Part shown: one piece after another, positions 39,610-49,028 of the stretch
Layout: each line of letters starts with the position of its first letter
Position numbering within the stretch: the stretch's first letter is position 1
Assembly (NCBI GenBank): GCA_944383895.1
Contig: CALWRH010000001.1
Coordinates: 57,199-121,198 of the forward strand
DNA length: 64,000 nucleotides
Reading direction: 5' to 3'
Source: an uncultured Christensenellaceae bacterium
GTDB lineage: Bacteria > Bacillota > Clostridia > Christensenellales > UBA3700
Program-made: the position numbers and the translations under genes
Notes under the pieces: generated by a model
What the model saw: only the letters and a program-made list of their open reading frames with translations
Told to the model about the DNA's origin: nothing
Database searches by the model: none

Positions 39610-41298
39610 ATGCTGGAAACTTTGCAGATAGACAATATAGCCTTGATCGAAAAACTTGAAATAAGTTTTTACAAAGGCTTGAATATCCTTTCGGGCGAAA
39701 CAGGTGCAGGCAAGTCGATAATCATCGACAGCCTGAACTTTGTTTTGGGTACGAGAGCCGACAAATCGCTGATATCGTACGGCAAGGATACCGCAAAAGT
39801 CAGCGCGTTTTTTAATATTTCTGACAGTCCTAATGCCAAAACTCTTCTTGAGGATATGGAAATAGACTGCGACGGAGACGAGCTCGTTCTGCAACGCGTA
39901 ATGACTGACGCCGGCAAGAACACTTGTCGCATAAACGGGCAGAAAGTTACGCTCGCCATGCTCAAGGAAGTAGCTGCGTCGCTTACGGATATTTACGGAC
40001 AGCACGAGGCAACGGGACTTCTCGACGACGAGAATCATATCGTTATACTCGATAAATATGCTAAGTCCGCCTTAGTTTCTCCTCTCGAAAAGCAAAGATC
40101 TTTGCACGAAGAATATACAAGGATAAAGAAAGAGCTGTCAAGATACGGCTCGTTGTCCGACGTTGCAAAGAAAACGGATATGCTCAGATTCGAGCTTGAC
40201 GAGATAGAAAAAGCAGATCTCAAAGATGGCGAAGAGGAAGAGCTGCTCGCAACGCGCAAAAAGCTGAATAATTCGAGATTCATTACAGACGCCTTAGCAG
40301 CTGCGGAAAATGCTCTCAACGGTGATTACGACGGTTCGGCGCTGACAACTATAGCCGAGGCGAAATCTCAGCTTTCTTCTGTCGACGAATACGATTCTCG
40401 TTACGGTGAGCTTATAGACAGACTCGACAGCGCGAAAATCGAAATAAAGGATATAGCAGAAACAGTCAAAGACCTGCTCGGAGAGAGCGAATACAATCCT
40501 TACGAGGCTGAACGCGTTGAGCAAAGGCTTGCTTTAGTACGCACGCTCAAACGTAAGTACGGCAACGGTATTTCTGAAATACTTGCTTATGCCGAAAAAA
40601 TAAGAGAAGAACTGAGCTTTTACGACGACGCAGAATTCAATATCGAAAAACTGACCGCCGAACTTTCCAAATGCGAAAAATCACTTTCTGCAAATGCCGA
40701 AAATATTCATAAGATCAGACTCGACTATGCAGAAAAGCTCGCTGACAACATTACTGCTCAGCTGAAAGAACTCGGCATGAACAACGCGACTTTCTTTGCC
40801 GACGTAGAATACGACTCATCAAATATCGGTCCCGACGGCGCAGACAGCGTACTTTTTATGTTTTCAGCCAATGCGGGACAACCTGCAAAAGCTTTGAGCA
40901 AAGTAATATCGGGCGGCGAGCTCTCTCGCTTTATGCTTGCGGTGAAAAATATCATATCCGACGTCGACGGTATTCAGACTATGGTATTTGACGAAATTGA
41001 TACGGGTATAAGCGGCAAGATCGCTCAGGTCGTGGCAGAAAAACTGTACAACATATCCAAAGACAAGCAGGTCCTTGCAGTTACGCACCTGCCGCAACTC
41101 GCGTCTATGGCTGACGCGCATTATCTTATCAGCAAATCTACCGACGGAAATAAAACTTATACCAACCTCGAACTTCTGGACAGAAAGGGCACTTTGCAGG
41201 AAATAGCAAGACTTCTCGGAGGCAGCGAATACGGCACGCACGCATTGCCGCATGCAGAAGAGATGAAGGATTTTGCAGACAAATACAAAAAAGGTTGA
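39610..41298 (+). CDS. recN: DNA repair protein RecN
   Basis: N-terminal Walker A GETGAGKSI, long coiled coil, C-terminal SGGELSR and FDEID.G. Confidence 0.95.
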   Translation: MLETLQIDNIALIEKLEISFYKGLNILSGETGAGKSIIIDSLNFVLGTRADKSLISYGKDTAKVSAFFNISDSPNAKTLLEDMEIDCDGDELVLQRVMTDAGKNTCRINGQKVTLAMLKEVAASLTDIYGQHEATGLLDDENHIVILDKYAKSALVSPLEKQRSLHEEYTRIKKELSRYGSLSDVAKKTDMLRFELDEIEKADLKDGEEEELLATRKKLNNSRFITDALAAAENALNGDYDGSALTTIAEAKSQLSSVDEYDSRYGELIDRLDSAKIEIKDIAETVKDLLGESEYNPYEAERVEQRLALVRTLKRKYGNGISEILAYAEKIREELSFYDDAEFNIEKLTAELSKCEKSLSANAENIHKIRLDYAEKLADNITAQLKELGMNNATFFADVEYDSSNIGPDGADSVLFMFSANAGQPAKALSKVISGGELSRFMLAVKNIISDVDGIQTMVFDEIDTGISGKIAQVVAEKLYNISKDKQVLAVTHLPQLASMADAHYLISKSTDGNKTYTNLELLDRKGTLQEIARLLGGSEYGTHALPHAEEMKDFADKYKKG

Positions 41299-41321
41299 TT
41301 GCCTGTCATAAACATACGATG

Positions 41322-41346
41322 ACGACGCGTATGCGTCGTTTTTTTA
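41322..41346 (+). terminator. Rho-independent terminator after recN
   Basis: ACGACGC-gtat-GCGTCGT followed by T7. Confidence 0.8.
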
Positions 41347-41405
41347 TTGCCTTACATATTTTTTCGAGTAGTATCTCAAACTATTGACTGTAAGGAGTTT
41401 TCGAA

Positions 41406-42554
41406 ATGAAAAAAATACTAAGTTTGGCAGTACTTTTGCTGGTATGCGTTGCGGCAGTAGGATACTTCGGATATTGTTCAGAAGACGGAATAACTAATTC
41501 CGACTATGAGATTACCGCAACTTCATCTCCGCTTTCTACTAACGTTATTGACGAAGAGCAAGGCGAAATACAGACAAAACTGTTCGGTCTTATCGATATA
41601 AAAAGCTCTGAAGCGCAGAAAAGCAGCGACAGAGAAGTTTTGCTCGGCGGATTTCCGCTCGGACTCGACCTCGATCTCAAAGGACTCATGATCACAGGTA
41701 AAGCAGGCGTCGTTACAAGCGACGGAGCGGTATCGCCGTGCGACAATACCGACATACGGAGCGGCGACGTTCTGGTAGCGATAGACGGCACTTCCGTAGG
41801 CTCGGATAAAGCTATTTCTCAGATCCTTAACGATAAACAGGGCGATTCGGTCGAGCTTTGCATTATGAGAGGCAGCGAAACAAAGCTTTATACGGTATAT
41901 CCTGCAAAAGACGTGCTCAGCGGTAATTACCGCATAGGTCTTATGCTCCAGGAAAACATTGCAGGTATAGGTACTGCGACCTTTATAAATCCGTCAACGT
42001 CGAGATACGCCTGTCTCGGTCACGCTATTTTGTCCAGCGACGGTTCAGTGATACGCATAGACGGAGGAAAGCTTTACAACGCGTATATATCGGGCAGCGT
42101 AAAGGGTAAAGTAGGCAAGGCAGGTGAACTAAACGGCACTTTCAGCTCAAAAACCGCCTCTATAGGCACGATCGATAAGAATTGCAAATACGGCAATTAC
42201 GGAGTATTTACGGGCAAGACAGAATCCTTCAAAACTATTCAGATAGGCAGCAGAACTTCGATCCGTCCGGGTAAAGCTCAGATATACAGCACAGTTTACG
42301 GAACCGAAGCGCAATATTACGACATCGAAATTATAAAAGTAAACGAACAGTCGTCGCCTTCGGACAAATCCATGGTCATAAGAATAACCGATCCCGATCT
42401 GATAGAAAAAACAGGCGGTATAGTACAGGGCATGAGCGGCAGTCCTATCATCCAAAACGGAAAACTCGTCGGAGCGGTAACGCACGTTTTTACCGCAGAT
42501 CCGACAAAAGGATACGGCATTTACGCCGATTGGATGTACGAGCTGACGCTGTAA
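41406..42554 (+). CDS. spoIVB: Stage IV sporulation protein B (S55 signalling peptidase)
   Basis: N-terminal signal anchor, PDZ segment (DIRSGDVLVAIDG), catalytic GIVQGMSGSPI motif. Confidence 0.9.
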   Translation: MKKILSLAVLLLVCVAAVGYFGYCSEDGITNSDYEITATSSPLSTNVIDEEQGEIQTKLFGLIDIKSSEAQKSSDREVLLGGFPLGLDLDLKGLMITGKAGVVTSDGAVSPCDNTDIRSGDVLVAIDGTSVGSDKAISQILNDKQGDSVELCIMRGSETKLYTVYPAKDVLSGNYRIGLMLQENIAGIGTATFINPSTSRYACLGHAILSSDGSVIRIDGGKLYNAYISGSVKGKVGKAGELNGTFSSKTASIGTIDKNCKYGNYGVFTGKTESFKTIQIGSRTSIRPGKAQIYSTVYGTEAQYYDIEIIKVNEQSSPSDKSMVIRITDPDLIEKTGGIVQGMSGSPIIQNGKLVGAVTHVFTADPTKGYGIYADWMYELTL

Positions 42555-42556
42555 AT

Positions 42557-42587
42557 AAAAAAAGCGACGGATTTCCGTCGCTTTTTT
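42557..42587. terminator. Bidirectional terminator between convergent spoIVB and purB
   Basis: A7-AGCGACGG-attt-CCGTCGCT-T6, so a U-tract is available on both strands. Confidence 0.8.
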
Positions 42588-42604
42588 ATAAGTTTACATA
42601 TAAA

Positions 42605-44041
42605 TTATACGTTTACTTCGCCTTTCTGTCCGAGTTTTACTCCCGATTCTTCGATAGCGGGATTTATTTCGTTTGCAATAAACTCTTCTACCTGCTGAGG
42701 AGCTCTGCCGATAAAATTCTTCGCATCGAGTATGCCGTCGAGTCTGTCCTTGACTGCCGCAAACATATCGTCGTTTTTGATAAGCTCTATAAGATTGTTG
42801 TCTTTGCCTTCCAGCTTCACGTTTTTGGATGCCTCCATAGAAAGGACTCTGATACGCTCATGCAGCTCCTGACGGTTGCCGCCTGCCTTTACGCACTCCA
42901 TCATGATGTTTTCGGTAGCCATGAAGGGGAGCTCTGCGTCGATATGTTTTTTGATTACCTTATCGTATACGACGAGGTTTTCGCTGATGTTCATGCAGAG
43001 ATTGAGCACTGCGTCGATAGACAAGAAAGCCTGAGCGATTACGATACGCTTGTTTGCGCTATCGTCGAGTGTACGCTCAAACCACTGCGTAGCCGCTGTA
43101 ACGGCGCAGTTTGTGGGCAGTGAAATAACGTAGCGTGCAATTGAACCGACGCGTTCACTTCTCATAGGATTGCGCTTGTATGCCATTGCGGAAGAGCCTA
43201 TCTGCGTTTTTTCAAACGGCTCTTCGATCTCTTTCATATTCTGCAATATACGGATATCGTTAGAGAAACGGTAGCAGCTCTGCGCGATCTGCGAGAGTAC
43301 GCAGAGAACGTTATAGTCGAATTTTCTCGGATAAGTCTGACCGGTAACGCCGTATGCCTTATCGTAACCCATTTTAGCAACGACTTTCTTTTCGAGTTCT
43401 TTGACGGTTTCTCCGTTACCGTTGAACAGGTCGAGGAAACTTGCCTGAGTGCCCGTTGTACCTTTTACGCCGCGAAGTTTGACGCAGGACTTGAGGTGCT
43501 TGAGATTTTCGAGATCGAGCAAAAGATCGCTGAGCCAGAGGGTAGCGCGCTTTCCGACGGTGGTAAGCTGCGCGGGCTGAAGGTGCGTAAATCCGAGCGT
43601 AGGCAGATCTTTGTATTTAAGCGCGAATTTGCGCAGTTTATCCATAAAGTTTACAAGCTTTTCAAGCACGATATCGAGAGCATTGTCGATGACGATTATC
43701 TCTGCATTGTCTGTAACGTAGCAAGAGGTCGCTCCGAGATGTATGATAGGCATAGCTTTGGGTGCAAGTTTGCCGAAAGCTTTGACGTGAGCCATAACGT
43801 CGTGTCTGACTTCGCTTTCGAACTTGCGGGCGTCGTCGTAATTTATATCCTCGGCATGAGCTTTCATCTCGGCGATCTGTTCGTCCGTAATATTAAGACC
43901 GAGTTCTTTTTCGGATTCTGCGAGAGCGATCCAGAGCTTTCTCCAAAGTCTGAATTTCTTGTCGTCAGAAAAATTAGCCGCCATTTCGTGGCTTGCATAT
44001 CTTGTGATCAACGGGTTGTTGTAAATACTTGTATCAGTCAT
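42605..44041 (-). CDS. purB: Adenylosuccinate lyase
   Basis: 478 aa. GSSAMAYKRNP signature and PLITRYAS N-terminus. Confidence 0.95.
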   Translation of the reverse strand: MTDTSIYNNPLITRYASHEMAANFSDDKKFRLWRKLWIALAESEKELGLNITDEQIAEMKAHAEDINYDDARKFESEVRHDVMAHVKAFGKLAPKAMPIIHLGATSCYVTDNAEIIVIDNALDIVLEKLVNFMDKLRKFALKYKDLPTLGFTHLQPAQLTTVGKRATLWLSDLLLDLENLKHLKSCVKLRGVKGTTGTQASFLDLFNGNGETVKELEKKVVAKMGYDKAYGVTGQTYPRKFDYNVLCVLSQIAQSCYRFSNDIRILQNMKEIEEPFEKTQIGSSAMAYKRNPMRSERVGSIARYVISLPTNCAVTAATQWFERTLDDSANKRIVIAQAFLSIDAVLNLCMNISENLVVYDKVIKKHIDAELPFMATENIMMECVKAGGNRQELHERIRVLSMEASKNVKLEGKDNNLIELIKNDDMFAAVKDRLDGILDAKNFIGRAPQQVEEFIANEINPAIEESGVKLGQKGEVNV

Positions 44042-44210
44042 TGTAAGACTCCTAAAATTAATCTGTTTCCATTATACCTTAACTTAGCAAAATTTTCCAC
44101 CTTTTTTACGTTAAAACATAAAAGTACACGCGTTTTATATCGTTGTTCGGGACAAAAATCGGACGTTTATAATGTTTTCAAAATAAATATTGCAAAAAAG
44201 CCGTTTTCGA

Positions 44211-44240
44211 TTGACTTTGTCTGCCTTTGCATTGTAAAAT
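44211..44240 (+). promoter_or_regulatory. Putative promoter of tRNA-Trp (TTGACT-18-TAAAAT)
   Basis: TTGACT 44211-44216, TAAAAT 44235-44240. The mature 5' end is 13 nt downstream. Confidence 0.5.
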
Positions 44241-44252
44241 AGATTTCGCCGT

Positions 44253-44327
44253 AGGGGAGTGGCTCAACGGTAGAGTAGTGGTCTCCAAAACCATTGGTTG
44301 CGTGTTCGAATCGCGTCTCCCCTGCCA
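44253..44327 (+). tRNA. trnW: tRNA-Trp (anticodon CCA), encoded 3' CCA
   Basis: Folded by hand: acceptor AGGGGAG/CTCCCCT, D arm GCTC/GAGT, anticodon stem GTGGT/ACCAT with loop CTCCAAA, T arm GCGTG-TTCGAAT-CGCGT, discriminator G plus CCA. Confidence 0.9.
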
Positions 44328-44356
44328 AAAAGAACGGATTTTATCCGTTCTTTTTG
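44328..44356 (+). terminator. Rho-independent terminator after tRNA-Trp
   Basis: AGAACGGA-tttta-TCCGTTCT followed by a T-run. Confidence 0.75.
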
Positions 44357-44371
44357 CATTTAGAGGGGGAG

Positions 44372-44451
44372 TGCGCGAGTTCGCTCCCGCAAGCGCAAAA
44401 TTCTTTGCACATTGCGTGTGACGCGAAAGCAACTTGTTTATTCTCTCGCAA
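44372..44451. repeat. Copy 1 of a duplicated ~80-bp intergenic element
   Basis: TGCGCGAGTTCGCTCCCGCAAGCGCAAAATTCTTTGC...GTGTGACGCGAAAGCAACTTGTTT. Near-identical to 44518-44598 apart from a ~12-nt central block. Confidence 0.8.
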
Positions 44452-44517
44452 TTTATTACTTCGCTATTCCGTCACTTCGTTCCTTACGAATCGCGTCATA
44501 CGGATTATTGAATAAAT

Positions 44518-44598
44518 TGCGCGAGTTCGCTCCCGCAAGCACAAAATTCTTTTGCGCCGCTCAGTGTGACGCGAAAGCAACTCGTTTTTTTCTTGCAA
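44518..44598. repeat. Copy 2 of the duplicated ~80-bp intergenic element
   Basis: Direct repeat of 44372-44451, offset 146 bp. Confidence 0.8.
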
Positions 44599-44674
44599 AT
44601 CCCATATAAATTCGTCAGAGTAAGATTTTTCAAGATAAATATCGAGCAGTGACTCAACGCATAATTTAACTTTG

Positions 44675-44703
44675 TTGCCAATTCAATCAGATTATGCTAC
44701 AAT
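44675..44703 (+). promoter_or_regulatory. proC promoter (TTGCCA-17-TGcTACAAT)
   Basis: TTGCCA 44675-44680, 17-nt spacer, extended -10 TGCTACAAT 44695-44703. Confidence 0.55.
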
Positions 44704-44725
44704 CAAATAGATTGTGAGGTGATTT

Positions 44726-45508
44726 ATGAAAAAGTACAAACTCGGCTTTATAGGCTACGGAAATATGTCAAAAGCTATTGTCGGAGGTATACTCAAGAGC
44801 GGTATACTCGATAAATCGCAGATTGCCGTTTCGAGATTATCCGACACTGCTGCGGACGGAATTTTCTGCACAAACGACAACGGATACGTCGCAGAGAACT
44901 CTGAATACCTCGTTCTCGCAGTCAAGCCTCAGATCTTCAAACAGATAGAATTTTCTTGTTCCGCAGATTGCGTTATAAGCATTATGGCAGGCGTTGACAG
45001 CAAATCTATCTCCGACAAACTCGGTATGGACGGCAGAGTCATACGCGTTATGCCCAACACTCCGTCCCAGATAGGCAAAGGCGCAACAGCTATTGCAAAC
45101 AACGCGCTCGGTGACAGATATAACGACTTCTGCAAGCGTATATTCGAAAGCGTGGGCGAAGTATGTTTTATAGACGAAGACAAATTCGACGCTGTGACCT
45201 GTGTGAGCGGTAGCGGTCCTGCATACGCGTATTATTTCGTCAAAGCGATGATCGACGGCGGTGTGGCGAACGGACTGGATAAAGCGACGTCAAAAGCTCT
45301 TACGTTAGACACCGTTATCGGTGCATGCGAGATGATAAAGGCAAATCCGGATATCCCTGTAGGTCAGCTGATCTCCAACGTATGCTCGAAGGGCGGAACT
45401 ACTATCGAAGCGATAAACGTTTTAGAAGAAAATCAGCTCGACAAGACCGTGATCGACGCTATGACCGCATGCAGAAAGCGCAGCGAAGAATTGAGGCAGA
45501 GCAAATGA
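44726..45508 (+). CDS. proC: Pyrroline-5-carboxylate reductase
   Basis: GFIGYGNM Rossmann N-terminus, RVMPNTP and SKGGTT motifs. Confidence 0.92.
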   Translation: MKKYKLGFIGYGNMSKAIVGGILKSGILDKSQIAVSRLSDTAADGIFCTNDNGYVAENSEYLVLAVKPQIFKQIEFSCSADCVISIMAGVDSKSISDKLGMDGRVIRVMPNTPSQIGKGATAIANNALGDRYNDFCKRIFESVGEVCFIDEDKFDAVTCVSGSGPAYAYYFVKAMIDGGVANGLDKATSKALTLDTVIGACEMIKANPDIPVGQLISNVCSKGGTTIEAINVLEENQLDKTVIDAMTACRKRSEELRQSK

Positions 45509-45957
45509 AGAAAGTTGACCTATATACTGACGGAGCTTGCTCAGGCAATCCGGGCGTTGGCGGCTGGGGTGCGATCCTGATATATAACGGACACGAAAAA
45601 GAAGTAAGCGGATATAATAAAGACACGACAAACAACCGTATGGAGATTTTCGCCGTTATACAAGGACTAAAACAGCTCAATCAACCTTGCGAAGTTACGG
45701 TTTACAGCGATTCTGCATACGTCTGCAACGCGTTTACAGAAAAATGGATAGACGAGTGGCAGGCTAACAATTGGCGCACAAAATCCAAAGACAAAGTCAA
45801 AAACGACGACCTTTGGAAATTGCTTCTGATGCAGATGGAAGATCATAAAGTCAGTTTTGTAAAAGTAAAAGGACACGCGGACAACGTCTATAATAACAGA
45901 TGCGACAAACTCGCCACGGGAGAAATATCAAAACACAACAAGCCGTCTGAAAAATGA
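45505..45957 (+). CDS. rnhA: Ribonuclease HI
   Basis: VDLYTDGACSGNPGVGGWG, TNNRMEI, VKGHADNVYNNRCDKLA. ATG 45505 overlaps the proC stop (ATGA). Confidence 0.9.
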   Translation: MKKVDLYTDGACSGNPGVGGWGAILIYNGHEKEVSGYNKDTTNNRMEIFAVIQGLKQLNQPCEVTVYSDSAYVCNAFTEKWIDEWQANNWRTKSKDKVKNDDLWKLLLMQMEDHKVSFVKVKGHADNVYNNRCDKLATGEISKHNKPSEK

Positions 45958-46033
45958 CGGCTTTTTCATTGCAATCTGATATCTGAGGCGTATTTTATCT
46001 CTTTTTAACAAATAATATACTAAAGGGCGTAAA

Positions 46034-47065
46034 ATGACGAAAACAGGAAGAATTGCAGGTGCATTTATAATAGCGCTGTTTGCCTTGGGCGCATGTTTCA
46101 GTATATTTTATCTCAAACAACTCGGCGTTGAATCGCTGAAAATTCTTTTGTTTTCCTTCGGAATAACTGCGCTTGCGTTTATCGGATTTTTCGGTGTTTT
46201 CATGAATAGCGAAATAGCCTTCAAGGGCGGATTTATCGGATATATAATTGCATTGATATTACTCGTGTTTTATGTCTTTGCGGTAAAATTCGGCTGGTTG
46301 ACTATGTTTTCGAGCCGTATCGAAATGCAGCGTTTCATCTCGCGTTATGACGGTTATGCGATCGCGGTCTTTATTGCAATACAATTTCTTCAGGTCACCG
46401 TATTGCCTTTGCCGTCGACTATTACGACGATAGCGGGAATCGCGCTGTTCGGCGTCTGGAAAGCTGTTCTTTATTCAACGATAGGCATAATTGCAGGTTC
46501 GATATTCGCTTTTTATCTCGGCAGGATATTCGGAGTGAAACTTGTCGTATGGATATGCGGCGCAAAAATGTATTCAAAATACAGAGAACTGACGCAGGGC
46601 AAAGACGTTTTGCTTTTATATGCGATGTTTTTGTTGCCGTTTTTTCCCGACGATCTGCTTTGTCTTATTGCAGGACTCGGAACTATGAGTCTGCGTTCGT
46701 TTACGGTAATGATGCTTATCACGCGCCCTTTAGGCGCGCTCTGGGTCGCAGGCGTATTCAAAGGCGCAGTGTCTATTCCTTTCAACGGGTGGGGAATTGC
46801 AGTATGGGCAGTGATTTTTATCGCGACTTTAACGATATTTATCGTGCTTTATAAATACGGCGACGAAATAACAAAGCGGCTCAGCGCTTTTACAGGTAAA
46901 ATATCAGTCAGATTTTTTAGTAAAAAACAAATTGCTGTAAAAAGCAGATTGTCTGCTGTTTGCCGCAAAAAGTCGCTTTCTGCGATATCTAAAGAAAACA
47001 CATCATATAATGATGTAGAGAAAAAAGCGGCAAAAAACAAAAATATTGCCGATTATAAAAATTAA
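46034..47065 (+). CDS. TVP38/TMEM64 (DedA-related) family membrane protein with extra N-terminal helices
   Basis: Core motif region FLQVTVLPLPSTITTIAGIALFG...PFFPDDLLCLIAG. Polytopic. Confidence 0.75.
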   Translation: MTKTGRIAGAFIIALFALGACFSIFYLKQLGVESLKILLFSFGITALAFIGFFGVFMNSEIAFKGGFIGYIIALILLVFYVFAVKFGWLTMFSSRIEMQRFISRYDGYAIAVFIAIQFLQVTVLPLPSTITTIAGIALFGVWKAVLYSTIGIIAGSIFAFYLGRIFGVKLVVWICGAKMYSKYRELTQGKDVLLLYAMFLLPFFPDDLLCLIAGLGTMSLRSFTVMMLITRPLGALWVAGVFKGAVSIPFNGWGIAVWAVIFIATLTIFIVLYKYGDEITKRLSAFTGKISVRFFSKKQIAVKSRLSAVCRKKSLSAISKENTSYNDVEKKAAKNKNIADYKN

Positions 47066-47090
47066 ACTCCGACGTTTTGTCGGAGTTTTT
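47064..47090. terminator. Bidirectional terminator between the TVP38 gene and the PadR-fusion gene
   Basis: Perfect 10-bp stem AAACTCCGAC/GTCGGAGTTT with a 5-nt loop, and T-/A-runs on either side. Confidence 0.75.
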
Positions 47091-47116
47091 GTTGTCGAGT
47101 GCCGTTTATTCGATTG

Positions 47117-48877
47117 TCAGTTGACGTGATAATGATTGCTTTTGTACAGTCTGTAATATATCGCGATGGATATCGGGATTATAAGCAGGAAGACAAGCGG
47201 AATTATCACAGGGCATATCATCGAATTGATGTTGTCGACTCTCGCACCGCATGCGAGGAAACCTATCAGAACGATCAATATTACCGCGTTTATTATGACG
47301 ATAAGCGAGTTTATCACTGCATTTTTTGCATTAAAATTCGCTTTTATTCGCTTTTTGGGATCAACGCAATATATTACGAACATCGCTATAGGATACAAGA
47401 GTCCCAACGCAAGGAATCCGAACAGCGAAAGCGCGCTGCCGCCGTTTATCGAAAGTGTCGAGAAATACGCTATCAGCACGCCGACTGCGTAAATTATGTA
47501 GGTTAGTATCGAGCTGTCGCGGTTGAGCTTGTTGCTGAAGTAATATTGGTTGATATAGTATTCGCTCGTGTTTTTCTTTACATACGGACGCAGATTATAG
47601 CCTTCGGCCATCATTTTTGATTTGAGCTCTGACGTAGAAAGATAATCTATCTTTTCATCGTCCTGATTCGACTGCGACGCTGCAGACGACGGTGTGACCT
47701 GCGTCATGGGTACGCTGTATATACTGTCAAAGCTGTCTATGTAATTTACGGTCTGTCTGTTCGCAAAATCGTCGTATCTGCGATCTTCGGTAATGTCAGT
47801 GTTGTAAGTCTTCTGAGAATCCATTTTCTCTTCGACGGGTCTTTTTTCGTATAGTTTGCTGAGTGCGTCTTCCTTGATTACGTTATCGACTTTGTCGTTT
47901 GACTCGTCTTTGACGTAAACGGAGTAGCTACCGTAATTTTCTGCTTTATTATCAGTTTCGTTCTGTTTCGTAACACGGTTGTCGTCGAAAGCGCGTTCGT
48001 CACCGAAGAATACGGGTTCAGCCGGAGCTGCGGGAGCTTCATAAACTTCTATATCCTGCGGCTCGTTATCTTCCTGAACGTCGTTGTCGTATTGAGATTT
48101 GTCTGAATATGAATCGGTGTCCTCAACGCTTTCTTCCTCATAATCATCGAAGTCTGACACGTCTGATACGTTGTTTTCTGTTGACTGAACTTCGGATCCG
48201 TGCTGAACTGTGTCATCGCGTACGCCGTTAAATTCGCCGTTATATACAGTATATCCGCTTTGCGACGGCACTGAGCGGTCATCCGCCACATAAGTAGTGC
48301 CGATGTATTCGTGCGGTATCTGATCGAATTCGTCAACAGGCGGAGTATCGGTTTCAGGCGGAATAACGTATTCGTCTGCAGAAACCGAAAAATCATCGCC
48401 GTTGTCTGACGATTGTTTAACAGAAACGCTCTCATCGGTTTCGGAATCGAAATCGTCGTCGGACGAAGACTTTGTTCTTCTCGTAAGAGGTCTGAAATTT
48501 GACGGATCGAAGGGGGCAACGTGTTTTTCGGGGTCAAATTCTTCGCTCGATAAAAGGCTGTCAATAATAGTGCGGCTGAATTCCCACTGATGCTGATCGC
48601 TTTCGAGAAACGCGCGACCTGCGGGTTGAAGGGAATAGTAGACTCTCTGCGCACCGTTTGACGTATCGCCTTTATAAGAGCGTATGTAACCCTGTTTCTC
48701 AAGTCTTTTCAGACAACTATACAGAGTCGGCTGCTTGAGAGTATACATACCTTTGCTTTTTTCTTTGATCTCGTTGAGAATCTCGTAGCCGTACTTATCC
48801 TCATAGTACAACGACTTAAGGATTATGGTATCTACATGGCCTCTGATAAGATCTATGTTTACGTTGGATTTATCCAT
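47117..48877 (-). CDS. PadR-family winged-helix regulator fused to a ~330-aa acidic low-complexity linker and a C-terminal 4-5 TM anchor
   Basis: N-terminus LIRGHVDTIILKSLYYEDKYGYEILNEIKEKSKGMYTLKQPTLYSCLKRLEKQGYIRSY is PadR-like. The middle is D/E/S/N-rich. The last ~150 aa are hydrophobic helices. Confidence 0.8.
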   Translation of the reverse strand: MDKSNVNIDLIRGHVDTIILKSLYYEDKYGYEILNEIKEKSKGMYTLKQPTLYSCLKRLEKQGYIRSYKGDTSNGAQRVYYSLQPAGRAFLESDQHQWEFSRTIIDSLLSSEEFDPEKHVAPFDPSNFRPLTRRTKSSSDDDFDSETDESVSVKQSSDNGDDFSVSADEYVIPPETDTPPVDEFDQIPHEYIGTTYVADDRSVPSQSGYTVYNGEFNGVRDDTVQHGSEVQSTENNVSDVSDFDDYEEESVEDTDSYSDKSQYDNDVQEDNEPQDIEVYEAPAAPAEPVFFGDERAFDDNRVTKQNETDNKAENYGSYSVYVKDESNDKVDNVIKEDALSKLYEKRPVEEKMDSQKTYNTDITEDRRYDDFANRQTVNYIDSFDSIYSVPMTQVTPSSAASQSNQDDEKIDYLSTSELKSKMMAEGYNLRPYVKKNTSEYYINQYYFSNKLNRDSSILTYIIYAVGVLIAYFSTLSINGGSALSLFGFLALGLLYPIAMFVIYCVDPKKRIKANFNAKNAVINSLIVIINAVILIVLIGFLACGARVDNINSMICPVIIPLVFLLIIPISIAIYYRLYKSNHYHVN

Positions 48878-48908
48878 ATCGTATCTCCCGAGTTTCTCCT
48901 ATAAATTA

Positions 48909-48937
48909 ATAATACTATAATAGAGTAGGCAAGTCAA
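48909..48937 (-). promoter_or_regulatory. Putative promoter of the PadR-fusion gene (TTGACT-17-TATTAT on minus strand)
   Basis: The reverse complement of 48932-48937 is TTGACT and that of 48909-48914 is TATTAT, with a 17-nt spacer. RBS GGGAGA precedes the ATG. Confidence 0.5.
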
Positions 48938-49028
48938 ACGAAACTCTGTTTTTTATTATAAAAATAAAATATTTGTGGAAAAATAGTTCTAAATTAATGC
49001 TTTTTTTATAAATAATTAGCCATTATTT

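Noticed and set aside
44227-44609. Three overlapping small ORFs (64, 73 and 65 aa) across tRNA-Trp and the 80-bp repeats.
   Set aside because: One overlaps the tRNA gene itself. The repeated peptide REFAPASxKFF arises in different frames because the DNA repeat offset (146 bp) is not a multiple of 3. No RBS is present.
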